Assembly (NCBI GenBank): GCA_965197905.1
Contig: CBDAOB010000004.1
Location: 672,001-736,000 of the forward strand
Origin: Candidatus Latescibacterota bacterium
Lineage (GTDB): Bacteria > Latescibacterota > UBA2968 > UBA8231
Length of the DNA stretch: 64,000 nucleotides
Reading direction: 5' to 3'
In this document: positions 48,837-57,823 of the stretch, one piece after another
Layout of the letters: every line of letters begins with the position of its first letter
Numbering within the stretch: position 1 is the stretch's first letter
Program-made: the position numbers and the translations under genes
Notes under the pieces: generated by a model
What the model was told of the DNA's origin: nothing
Databases searched by the model: none
What the model saw: only the letters and a program-made list of their open reading frames with translations

Positions 48837-49961
48837 ATGAACCTGCGATCGACTTCTTATTGGACAGCTATAGCCGTTTTCCTCCTTTTGCGAACCGCAG
48901 GCGGAACCGAGAAAATCAACCTCGCCGTCGTCGGCGTTGGCGGCGGAGCCGGCACCAAGGAAGTTTCAGCTTTTGTGCAGTCGGCGGTCGAGGACGAGCT
49001 GAGCAATAGCGGAAAATTCAACGTGGTCGAGCGGGGCCGCCTCAAGCAGGTGTTGGAAGAGATATCCTTCCAGCAATCTGGAGTCACCAACGAAGAATCT
49101 ACCGCGAAGCTAGGACAGCAGCTGAACGTCGAAAAGCTGGTTTTCCTGCGAGTTCACCGCCTGCGCCAGAAGTACCAGCTGAGCCTCAAGGTCGTCGACG
49201 TCTCCACGAACCGCATCCTGCGTGTAGTAGAGAAGAGTCTCGGCAAGAAGGCGGACGCGGTGGGCGCTCCCGCGCGGTACGCGGCGCGCAAGTTGATTCA
49301 GGCCGCATCGCAGCTTATAAAGACCGAAATGGTTCTCATACGCGGGAGGCGTTTCGAGGTCGGCGACGTCAAGGACATAAATGTGAATCCCCAAAAAGTC
49401 ACCGTCGATTCTTTTTACATAGATCCGTACGAAGTAAGCCAGATAGCCTTCGTGCAGTTCAAGGGAGGTGCAGACGACAAGCTATTAGAGCGTCCCGATG
49501 CTCCCGCGACCCAGGTGAGCTGGAACGACGCCGACGCCTACTGCCGGTCGCTCGGCAAACGCTTGCCCACCGAGTCCGAGTGGGAACTCGCAGGCAAGGG
49601 AATGGCAGAGCGCCTGTACCCTTGGGGCTCTCAGGGCCCAAGGTTGGGACGTGCGATCTTCGGTGGTTTCGAAACGGAACCGGTAAGCGTCTATACCGTG
49701 CTCGACGGCGCCACGCCGGATGGAGTTCATCACCTGGCCGGTAATGCCGCCGAGTGGGTTAGCGATTGGTGGGGGTTGTCCCTCGACCTGAAAGGCCAGA
49801 ATCCGACGGGTCCGGAACATGGAGACTACAAGGTCGTGCGCGGTGGTTCGTGGGAGGATGGCGCCTTCGACATCAGAACCACAGCGCGCTCCTACCATAC
49901 ACCCGAAAAGGGATCCCCGACCATCGGCTTTCGCTGCGCCAAAGACCTGGAACGGCCCTAG
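48837..49961 (+). CDS. Secreted protein: CsgG/FlgO-like N-terminal domain + FGE-sulfatase (SUMF1) domain
   Basis: Signal peptide; FNVVER...LEE..FQQSG..A.KLG; RLPTESEWE, GNAAEW, RGGSW, GFRC. Confidence 0.8.
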   Translation: MNLRSTSYWTAIAVFLLLRTAGGTEKINLAVVGVGGGAGTKEVSAFVQSAVEDELSNSGKFNVVERGRLKQVLEEISFQQSGVTNEESTAKLGQQLNVEKLVFLRVHRLRQKYQLSLKVVDVSTNRILRVVEKSLGKKADAVGAPARYAARKLIQAASQLIKTEMVLIRGRRFEVGDVKDINVNPQKVTVDSFYIDPYEVSQIAFVQFKGGADDKLLERPDAPATQVSWNDADAYCRSLGKRLPTESEWELAGKGMAERLYPWGSQGPRLGRAIFGGFETEPVSVYTVLDGATPDGVHHLAGNAAEWVSDWWGLSLDLKGQNPTGPEHGDYKVVRGGSWEDGAFDIRTTARSYHTPEKGSPTIGFRCAKDLERP

Positions 49962-50005
49962 CTGGGTTACGCGAGCAAAAGCTGCCCTCGCCGATTGTCC
50001 TTGCC

Positions 50006-51205
50006 GTGAACCTTCCCGAGTTGGTATTGCGGCGGGGAGCGGAGCGCTCGCCCCGCAACGGTCATCCTTGGATCTTCAGTGGTGCGGTCGAGCGTCCGCC
50101 AAGTAGCGCGGCACCCGGTGACCTCGTCGAAGTGGTGGACCATCGCAAACGCTTCGTAGGGCGAGGTTTCTTCAATCCACGGTCGCAGATCCGCGTTCGA
50201 TTGCTGACGTGGAACCCCGACCAATCCGTAGATGCGGCCTTCTTTCAGCAACGGGTTGCCCGCGCGTTGGCGCTCAGACAGCAATGCGGCATCGCCGAAC
50301 AGTCCAATGCCCGGCGTGTAATACACGGAGAGAATGACGGGCTCCCTGGTCTGATCGTCGACGATTTTGCGGGACACGTCGTCATTCAGATACACACCCA
50401 AGGGATGGAGAATGTTCGCGATCTCCTCCTCGACACCCTCGAGGAACAGCTGCAGCCGTTCGGCATTTTTGAGCGCAGCGATGTGGGCACCAGACGCGCC
50501 GAAGGCATGGTGGACAGGCCGACGGGCGTGTGCCGGGGCAAGGAACCGCCCCAGTTTGTGGAGATTGAGGAAGGTGATGCCCGGTTGTTCGTGGACATCT
50601 ATGGTGGACAGAAAACCGGATTCTTTCTCGATCAGCGCGACAATCGGCTGATGTTACAACGTCTCAGTGAAGGGAAGGAGGTTCTGGACTGTTTCTCCTA
50701 CAGCTGCGGATACTCCGCCCACGCCCTCAGAGGCGGCGCCAGGCGCGCGGTGAACATCGACGTCTCATCGACAGCGTTTTGCTCCGGACGGCGCAACCTG
50801 GAGTACAATTGCCCTGAGGGATCGAGCTATCAGATGGTGCGCGCCAATGTCTTTGCGTATCTGGAGATGTTGGCCGAACGCGGCCCCTTGTTCGACGTGT
50901 TGGTATTGGACCCTCCCTCCCTGCTGCGCAAGCGCGGCCAGCTCAAGAAAACAATGGGTGTCTACACCAAACTGAATCGCAATGCGCTGCGAATCTTGCG
51001 CGACGGCGGTCTACTGGTGTCCTGCTCCTGCTCGACTCACGTTACTCCAGAGGATTTCTTTCAGATCGTGCGACGGGCAGCCACCGGAGCGGAGGTCGAG
51101 GCACGCATCACAGCGTTCAATCTACAGCCAGCGGATCACCCGGTGAATCCCGCCTTTCCCGAAGGCCGGTACCTGAAGGCGATCTTCGCCCGCATCGAAC
51201 GCTAG
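50006..51205 (+). CDS. rlmI: RlmI-family SAM-dependent rRNA methyltransferase
   Basis: GHPWIF (PUA), DGLPGLIVD, GQKTGFFLDQRDNR, LDPP, PEGRYLK; start approximate (GTG). Confidence 0.85.
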   Translation: MNLPELVLRRGAERSPRNGHPWIFSGAVERPPSSAAPGDLVEVVDHRKRFVGRGFFNPRSQIRVRLLTWNPDQSVDAAFFQQRVARALALRQQCGIAEQSNARRVIHGENDGLPGLIVDDFAGHVVIQIHTQGMENVRDLLLDTLEEQLQPFGIFERSDVGTRRAEGMVDRPTGVCRGKEPPQFVEIEEGDARLFVDIYGGQKTGFFLDQRDNRLMLQRLSEGKEVLDCFSYSCGYSAHALRGGARRAVNIDVSSTAFCSGRRNLEYNCPEGSSYQMVRANVFAYLEMLAERGPLFDVLVLDPPSLLRKRGQLKKTMGVYTKLNRNALRILRDGGLLVSCSCSTHVTPEDFFQIVRRAATGAEVEARITAFNLQPADHPVNPAFPEGRYLKAIFARIER

Positions 51206-51242
51206 TACTCGCCAAAGCTTTGGCAATGCAATGCGACGGGCT

Positions 51243-52067
51243 CTAGCTCGCTTCCTTGCGCTTGCCACTCTCGATGTCCAGCTCAACGAGAATAGCCCGC
51301 ATTTCCGCGCGCGAGATCTCGCCCCTATTCGCCGTGCGTTCGATGTACTTACGGGTTTTGCCGTTCAAGACGCCGTAGAATCCTCGGACCTCGGGATCCT
51401 GATGGTCGCGCCAGAGTTGGCTGGGTATGAGGGAATCTTCGCTCAGATGGGGCCGATCGCGGTGCCCATAGTAGATCTGCACCGATTTTCGCACGCTCTC
51501 GGTGGGGCGCACGGTGGCGGTGTGGATGACCGAAACGTTGAAGAGAATCCCAGTGCCGGCTGGACCGTGCAGATCGTGTATGCCGCCGCGCGCGACATGT
51601 TCCTGGGTTTCCAGAATCTCCTGGTCCACCGCCTCCGGAGAGATGGAGAAACAGTGAGTCGTTTCGTCCACATCGGTCAGGTAGACCATCAGCTGCGCGT
51701 AATCCATGCGATACGGATGCTCGGGCCAATGGGGGCGATCCCGGTGCCAGGCGCGGGATAATTCGCCGTCGTGCGGTGCCATGTGGCGGATACAGAGCTC
51801 CGAGAAGCAAACCTCCCCACTCATCAATTCCCGCAGCGGTGGCAGCACCCGAGGATGCCGAATGATGTCGTCGAATTCGGGCGAGGTCACGAGGGCGTCG
51901 CAGTTCATGGTCTGATCGCCTCCGCCGTACCAGTGGCCAGACATCTCTTCCCTATCGCGATCGTAGATCTCCTCAAACCGCTGCAGCTGGTCATCATCAA
52001 GTATCGTGCCCAGGGTCAGGTATCCGTGGGAGCTGAAGAAGCTGATCTGTCGGGGGTCGAGTGCCAT
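51243..52067 (-). CDS. Phytanoyl-CoA dioxygenase (PhyH) family Fe(II)/2OG oxygenase
   Basis: WHRD, YLTD, GPAG...F...IH motifs. Confidence 0.85.
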   Translation of the reverse strand: MALDPRQISFFSSHGYLTLGTILDDDQLQRFEEIYDRDREEMSGHWYGGGDQTMNCDALVTSPEFDDIIRHPRVLPPLRELMSGEVCFSELCIRHMAPHDGELSRAWHRDRPHWPEHPYRMDYAQLMVYLTDVDETTHCFSISPEAVDQEILETQEHVARGGIHDLHGPAGTGILFNVSVIHTATVRPTESVRKSVQIYYGHRDRPHLSEDSLIPSQLWRDHQDPEVRGFYGVLNGKTRKYIERTANRGEISRAEMRAILVELDIESGKRKEAS

Positions 52068-52094
52068 GGTTTCAGTGGTCGAGCGCGCCGCGTC

Positions 52095-52775
52095 CTACCT
52101 CGCCAGCTCCGCCCTCCAGGCTTTCCATTTCTCAAAGGTGAAGTCGGGTGCTTCGGTAAACTCGAAGACCCCGGTTTCGAATTCTCTCACCTCGTGTGCG
52201 AGCTTGAGAATCTCTTCGGCGTGCTCTACCGGTATGCGCACGAATCCGTCGCCATCACCAAAAAGCAAGTCGCGTGGTTGAACGCGCAGCTGGCCCACCG
52301 TGATCGGCGCATCGATTCGGGTGACATTGAAGACCCCGTGCCCGGGAACCGTGCCCCACCCGAACATGGGCAACCCGACCTGGCGAATCCCCTCTAGATC
52401 GCGCACCGTGCCGTCGACGAGGGCGCCTACGACCCCAAGCCGCCTGTGCAGGCGCGCCATTCCGTCCCCGAAACTGGCGCCCCGTCCCGGGTTTGAATCC
52501 ACGTCCTTCATGACAGCCACGATCGGTCCTTCAGTGTCGTTGAGAGCCTGGTAATAGTCGTCCCACGGCGCCGCTGGTGAATCGGCATCGTTGGTGGTCA
52601 CTTCCGCCGTTACAGCGTAACCGATGATCGATCCGAACTCGGGTGTGAGGTATCGGATCGTATGGTCGGTGTAATCGTAGTTGGGCAATCCGAGTTTTTT
52701 GACCACCGCGTTGAAAATGGTTGGGGAATCGAACTCCTTGATTCCCTCCAGCACTTCAGGTTTAACAGGGGGCAT
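52095..52775 (-). CDS. RraA / HMG-aldolase family protein
   Basis: GYAVT, FGDGM, DGTVRD, PRDLLFGDGDG. Confidence 0.85.
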   Translation of the reverse strand: MPPVKPEVLEGIKEFDSPTIFNAVVKKLGLPNYDYTDHTIRYLTPEFGSIIGYAVTAEVTTNDADSPAAPWDDYYQALNDTEGPIVAVMKDVDSNPGRGASFGDGMARLHRRLGVVGALVDGTVRDLEGIRQVGLPMFGWGTVPGHGVFNVTRIDAPITVGQLRVQPRDLLFGDGDGFVRIPVEHAEEILKLAHEVREFETGVFEFTEAPDFTFEKWKAWRAELAR

Positions 52776-52802
52776 GACTTCTCCTTACTGTGATGTGGTG
52801 CC

Positions 52803-53597
52803 TCATGGAACGGATGCGCGCTCGAACGCCATCATGTTCACCGGTTCTGGATCGGTAAAAACCGTTTGTGGAAGGGCGTCGTAAACTGCAATTTCGGAAT
52901 GATCTCTCTCGCCTCGATCGGCGGACAGCCAGATGCGGCCGTGGGGTTGCCAGTTCGCCCAGGGAATCTGAAACCGCGATTCCGTGTCGGTGGCGGCGGA
53001 AAAAAAGTCCCATTGCACGACCTGCTTGGAATTTCGGTCTACGTAGACGTCATATTTGTTTTGTGGAGTAACACCCACGCCGTCAAAAGTGAGAGTCAGG
53101 ATGTCCGCCGGTGCGCCGTCGATCGTCGTCCCCACACCCTTGTGTTTCAGCGTCACGCCGCTGTCCTTGAGCTTGTACGGCATAAACATCCAGTAAGAGT
53201 CGTTGATCCACGCCCGGTATCCTTTCTGCAGCAAGATGTCCAGCGAATCCGCCTCGGTCACCTCCACCCTCGACTGCCAGGCTCTGCCGTTTTTGTCGAC
53301 CACGTTCATGAGCACGGTCAAGTCCCCCTGCTCGAAGCGGATCCTGCCCGTCCACTTGTCCCATACGTGCCGGCGTTGGCCGAAGAAACGCCAGGTAACG
53401 TAGCGCGTCTCGTCCCAGTTCCCGCGTCCGCCTAGGTGTGACATTACCTGATCCGCCAGCTCGATGGCCTGGGGATCCGAGCCGTCGTGATCGAATCCCG
53501 CGGCAGCCGGATTGTCATCGGCCGAGGCGACGGAGCAGCACATTGCGGCCACCACAAGAGCCGCACACCAAGATGGGGAGTGTCGATAGTGCCCCAA
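52803..53597 (-). CDS. Secreted conserved hypothetical protein (LolA-like/DUF6503-like)
   Basis: TTG start with SD AGGAG, signal peptide; WINDSYWMFMPYKLKDSG, GVTPQNKY. Confidence 0.6.
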   Translation of the reverse strand: MGHYRHSPSWCAALVVAAMCCSVASADDNPAAAGFDHDGSDPQAIELADQVMSHLGGRGNWDETRYVTWRFFGQRRHVWDKWTGRIRFEQGDLTVLMNVVDKNGRAWQSRVEVTEADSLDILLQKGYRAWINDSYWMFMPYKLKDSGVTLKHKGVGTTIDGAPADILTLTFDGVGVTPQNKYDVYVDRNSKQVVQWDFFSAATDTESRFQIPWANWQPHGRIWLSADRGERDHSEIAVYDALPQTVFTDPEPVNMMAFERASVP

Positions 53598-53619
53598 GCT
53601 TGTCTCCTGCAAGAAACCG

Positions 53620-54306
53620 TCAAACACTGAAACGAATTTCGATGACTTCATTCGGTTGCACGATGTAATCGCGATCGACCAGCTTTGCGACTCCTTTTGA
53701 CTTGCAGTCGTTGAAGTTGTGACAGCTCATGTAGTCCTCGAAAGGAACCACGTCCCCTTTGATAAAACCACGGGCAAGGTCGGAGTGGATCTTACCCGCA
53801 CAACTAAGGATATCCGTTTCCTGAGGCACCAGCCAGGCGTGCGACTCCTGCGGTGCGGAGGTGTAGAAAAACATCTGCTTGGCTTTCGCCAGGGTTATTT
53901 GGATTACCGCGTTGACGTCTGTACCTGGATCGATCTGCGCCACCGGTTTCATGCTGTCCGGATTTACCGGGGTTAGAACCTCGATTTCCTCGTCCGTGAA
54001 TGTTACGTCGCACAACGGGATCTCTTCTTCCAGCTGAGAAAGACATTTCTCCAACACCGGTTTTTCCACCTCGGTCGCCCGGGCAAGGCGGCTCTCGAGG
54101 CTGTCGATGTCGTCGATCAAAACGTCCAGCACGGCGTCAACCGCAACGGCGATTGCGTCGCACTGCGAATATTCGTCGCGGACGAACTCCGCGAAAAAGG
54201 GGGAGACTTTCTTGGGATTGTCCTTGGCCGCGAGGGCTTCCAGCCTTTCATCCTTGTACTTGGTTTTGCCTTCTGGAAGATCGATACCCGTAAATCCGAT
54301 CTTCAT
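53620..54306 (-). CDS. YchF-like protein (DUF933/TGS C-terminus) lacking the nucleotide-binding motifs
   Basis: DERL..L....PKK, FFYT, AGKIHSDLARGFIKGDV, DYIVQPNEVIEIRF; no GxxxxGKS. Confidence 0.75.
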   Translation of the reverse strand: MKIGFTGIDLPEGKTKYKDERLEALAAKDNPKKVSPFFAEFVRDEYSQCDAIAVAVDAVLDVLIDDIDSLESRLARATEVEKPVLEKCLSQLEEEIPLCDVTFTDEEIEVLTPVNPDSMKPVAQIDPGTDVNAVIQITLAKAKQMFFYTSAPQESHAWLVPQETDILSCAGKIHSDLARGFIKGDVVPFEDYMSCHNFNDCKSKGVAKLVDRDYIVQPNEVIEIRFSV

Positions 54307-55124
54307 GGTGCTAGGTATTTCGAGAACAGCACCACGTCAGCGTTGAGCATCTGCGGATCGTCCTTGGTGAACACGCCGATGCAGACCGCGTCGTGGGCGC
54401 GCATCTGTGAGGTTGTGTAGGCGAAAGCCTGCTCCGGGTCGTTGCGTCCGGCAGCAAAGATTTTGTAGTGGATTACGGGTTTAGAGAGCTGCTTGATGGT
54501 GGATACGCGAGCTTCCCGATCGCTTTCGAGATAGGCCTCGGCTGCCTTTTCGTCATGGTGCGGAGACTGTTTTCGCGGCGAGGGATCGTAATAACAGACC
54601 ATATAGAAATCGAGGGCAAGATTTTTTTCGGCCCAGATAAAGTCTTGCGGCAGATGCCCCGCGATCCCCACCGGCAGCTCGAGGTCCCGCACCGCCGCCG
54701 CGAAAGAAGAGATCTGGTCTTCGGCACCGTTGAGAATACAGTTGTCGACGATACCTCCGTGCATGAAGCAGGCGGCAGCACCGTGGTCGGCAGCTTGGCG
54801 GGCGGAAACGATGCTGTCTTCCTGGGAGTCGGTCTGCGCGATCCAGTTCATGCGGCCGCCCGCCGCCCAGTATTTCGTCAAAACCCGTCGGATATGATCG
54901 TCGCATCTAGCCAGACAGGTCGTGATACCCAACCCCTCGGCCTTCAGCAAGGTTTCGACGATACGCTCGTCGGTGTACCAATCGCGCATCTCCTGAGACC
55001 GCTCGGGGGATTGGTGCGAAAACCCGCTGAACGGATTCCCGCCTAGGATCAAACGGCAGACGTCGATACCCGCAATGGAGATCGTGGGTAATGTGGCTTG
55101 CGCGATCGACGCGCTCGACGACAT
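54303..55124 (-). CDS. Aldo/keto-reductase-like TIM-barrel hypothetical protein
   Basis: RLILGGNPFSGFSH, KPVIHYKIFAAGR. Confidence 0.65.
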   Translation of the reverse strand: MSSSASIAQATLPTISIAGIDVCRLILGGNPFSGFSHQSPERSQEMRDWYTDERIVETLLKAEGLGITTCLARCDDHIRRVLTKYWAAGGRMNWIAQTDSQEDSIVSARQAADHGAAACFMHGGIVDNCILNGAEDQISSFAAAVRDLELPVGIAGHLPQDFIWAEKNLALDFYMVCYYDPSPRKQSPHHDEKAAEAYLESDREARVSTIKQLSKPVIHYKIFAAGRNDPEQAFAYTTSQMRAHDAVCIGVFTKDDPQMLNADVVLFSKYLAP

Positions 55125-55217
55125 TCGACACTCCTAAGAATAGATTCGAATAACGGTTCCGAACCCCAGAATAAACTACACTTGGCCTGTTTGTGCGAAC
55201 CACTCTCCAGGGCCCCA

Positions 55218-55245
55218 TTGAGAGCAAAACCGTAGATATTATGAT
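55218..55245 (+). promoter_or_regulatory. Possible sigma70-type promoter of the glycoside hydrolase gene
   Basis: TTGAGA, 16 bp, TATGAT in an AT-richer divergent intergenic region. Confidence 0.4.
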
Positions 55246-55326
55246 TAGGCGGTAACATTTCGCCAGTTGAAATTGCGGTAATGGCGGCAACAGTTTCATG
55301 GCGCAGAGAATGGGAGGTTTAGCTAT

Positions 55327-57714
55327 ATGACCAGACAACAGAGTGGCGCCCACGACTTCGTTGGAGACGGTCCGTTGGTTTCGTTTTTCGAGGGCATGGT
55401 GCTCGGCAACGGGGATCTCGGGGCGATCATGTACGGAAACCAGTTCGAACTGAAGTTCAATCTGGGAAAGAACGATGTCTGGGATGCGCGCTTCGACAGC
55501 GATGCCGAGGCGGATATCCTCAAGCACGATGATCTCATAAAACTGATCGAAGAATACGGGGTCCAAGCGTTTCGATCCGGACAAACAGGCAACCTGGGAC
55601 CCGGACAACCCTCCTGGATGCTGAATCCGGTCGGCGAGAAGGCGATCCCCTTGGATGTACGCACGGTGTACGCGACCCCGGCATTCTACGAGAACGGCCG
55701 CTACTCCAGGCCCTGCCCCAAGCGAGTTGGTGAGGTTGTTTTTGTGGGACCAGGTTTGAACACCACGCCCATGAGGAGTTGCCTCTCCATTGAAGAGGGC
55801 GTGATCAGCGTCGAGTTTCGTTACAACGACCAGGCGTCCATTCGCGTGGAGGGTTTTGTCTGGGCCGAGTCGAACATTCTCTGCTTGCGCGTGGAGGTGA
55901 AGGGCGATCTGCAGTGGGGTGGATGGGCGAAGCTCATCATGCGCAAATGGCCCGACGCGGTGGACGCCTCGATTCCAGATCCGGTGCTGGAGACGCCGTT
56001 GGAGCGAGTCGTCACCCTCACCCAGGAGATCCCCGGGGACGATGCCATCGAGCCGTTTTCCTGGACGCTGGCGGCCGTCGCGCCGGGCGGCCGCCTGGAT
56101 CAGCGTTACGAATCGATCATCTCACTACCCAAGGAGGGCGCCGTCGCCGACCATTTCTTTGCGGTGGCCACGTCTCGCGATTCGCACGATTCGAAGAGAG
56201 CTATTGAACTGGCGATCCAGGCCCATACCCAGGGGTACGACCTGTTGCGGGCATCCCAAAAAGATTGGTGGTCTTCCTTCTGGCAACGTTCCTCGGTGGA
56301 ACTGGAGGACAAGGAGCTGGAGTCGGCCTGGTATCGCGATCTGTATCTGCTGGCCTGCAATCTGAAGGAAGGCAAACAGGCGCCCGGGCTCTTCGGCAAC
56401 ATGACGACCTGGGACGCGAGCATGTGGCACAGCGACTACCACATGGACAAGAACTTCCAGAAGAACTTCTACCCGGTTCTGGTCACAAATCACTGCGAGA
56501 TGTCCGAACCGTACTTCTCGGCGATCGGAGACCACTTGCCCTCCGCCCAATGGCGCGCCGAAAAAGATTACGGCATCGAGGGAGCACACTTCGACGTTTC
56601 CGTGCTGCCGTTCCTGCCTCCGGAAAAGATGTATGTCAACAATACCAACGGACGCCAGCTAGGTCTCTCAGGATGGACCCTGGGACAGTACTGGCAATAC
56701 TACCTCTACACCAAAGACGCCGTATGGCTCGGCCAAACCGGCTATCCGGTCATCAAGAAGGTAGCGCAGTTTTATTGGAACTACCTGGAAAAGTTTCAGG
56801 AGCGCTGCGGGGGCGACATATATCCCAGCGCGTGCCTAGAAAGCCTGCCGTCCTACCGCAACGTCTTCCAGGATCTGCTGTTCTTCAAATACGCCTTCCG
56901 CGCCGCCCTGCGTAGCGCCGAGATACTCGGGATCGACGAAGATTGGCAGAGCCGGTGGCGGGAGGGACTCGACCGCGTGCCAGCCTATAACATCGTGGAG
57001 TACGACGGCAAGAAGCGGTTGGCGGAACACAAGGAGATCGAGGGCGCCGAGCTCTACTCTGCAAACAGCTTCTTCTACGCCGGGTACATAGCCGGCCCGT
57101 TGATTTTTCCAGGTGAAGATGTGGACCCTGAATCGGATTCGGAGCTGGCTCAGGTTATTCGAGAAAGCATGGAGGAGTTTCGCACCGAGGACGCGTTCTC
57201 CCATAACTTCCTCGCGTTCAGCCTTGACGTACCGGCTGCCCGCTTAAAGATGGAGAAGGCGTACCACATGGTGCGCCATTCCGCTCTCGCCTGCCGATAT
57301 CCGTCCGGGAATCCGTCCATGTTCAACATCGGGGAGACCGACATCAACGGTTTGCAGATGTACCCCTATAGCGTCCAGGTAGAGGACTACACCATGCCGT
57401 TTGTCATCTCGGAGTTACTGTTCCAGAGCTATGGGGGCGTCCTGCGCCTCTTTCCCGCATGGCCACGGGAAAAAGCCGCTCGCTTCGAATCGTTGCGCGG
57501 TGAGGGCGGGTTCCTGGTAAGCTCCAGCTGGGAAGCAGGGAAGATCGGCGCCACAAAAGTTCGCAGTACCGTGGGCGGCCAGTGCAATCTACAGTGGACG
57601 GGGGTACCGATCGAGATCGCCGACCTGGACGACGCGTCGTCGGTGTCCCCGTCGCGAGAAGGAAACGTGGTCAGTTTCGCTACCGTCGCCGGTCACACCT
57701 ATTCAATCGGCTAG
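55327..57714 (+). CDS. GH95-like glycoside hydrolase (alpha-L-fucosidase-like)
   Basis: LGNGDLGA, W..DYH...N, LFQS.....RLFPAWP, LRGEGGFLVS; no signal peptide. Confidence 0.75.
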   Translation: MTRQQSGAHDFVGDGPLVSFFEGMVLGNGDLGAIMYGNQFELKFNLGKNDVWDARFDSDAEADILKHDDLIKLIEEYGVQAFRSGQTGNLGPGQPSWMLNPVGEKAIPLDVRTVYATPAFYENGRYSRPCPKRVGEVVFVGPGLNTTPMRSCLSIEEGVISVEFRYNDQASIRVEGFVWAESNILCLRVEVKGDLQWGGWAKLIMRKWPDAVDASIPDPVLETPLERVVTLTQEIPGDDAIEPFSWTLAAVAPGGRLDQRYESIISLPKEGAVADHFFAVATSRDSHDSKRAIELAIQAHTQGYDLLRASQKDWWSSFWQRSSVELEDKELESAWYRDLYLLACNLKEGKQAPGLFGNMTTWDASMWHSDYHMDKNFQKNFYPVLVTNHCEMSEPYFSAIGDHLPSAQWRAEKDYGIEGAHFDVSVLPFLPPEKMYVNNTNGRQLGLSGWTLGQYWQYYLYTKDAVWLGQTGYPVIKKVAQFYWNYLEKFQERCGGDIYPSACLESLPSYRNVFQDLLFFKYAFRAALRSAEILGIDEDWQSRWREGLDRVPAYNIVEYDGKKRLAEHKEIEGAELYSANSFFYAGYIAGPLIFPGEDVDPESDSELAQVIRESMEEFRTEDAFSHNFLAFSLDVPAARLKMEKAYHMVRHSALACRYPSGNPSMFNIGETDINGLQMYPYSVQVEDYTMPFVISELLFQSYGGVLRLFPAWPREKAARFESLRGEGGFLVSSSWEAGKIGATKVRSTVGGQCNLQWTGVPIEIADLDDASSVSPSREGNVVSFATVAGHTYSIG

Positions 57715-57823
57715 TACCGATTCAATAGTCAGTACCTGAATTGTGGCTCGAGCCGCGACTGGGTTGGCGCGAACCGCGGCGACAGCATCTTGCGCATCAT
57801 TTCGTGGGCACCGAAACGCCGTT

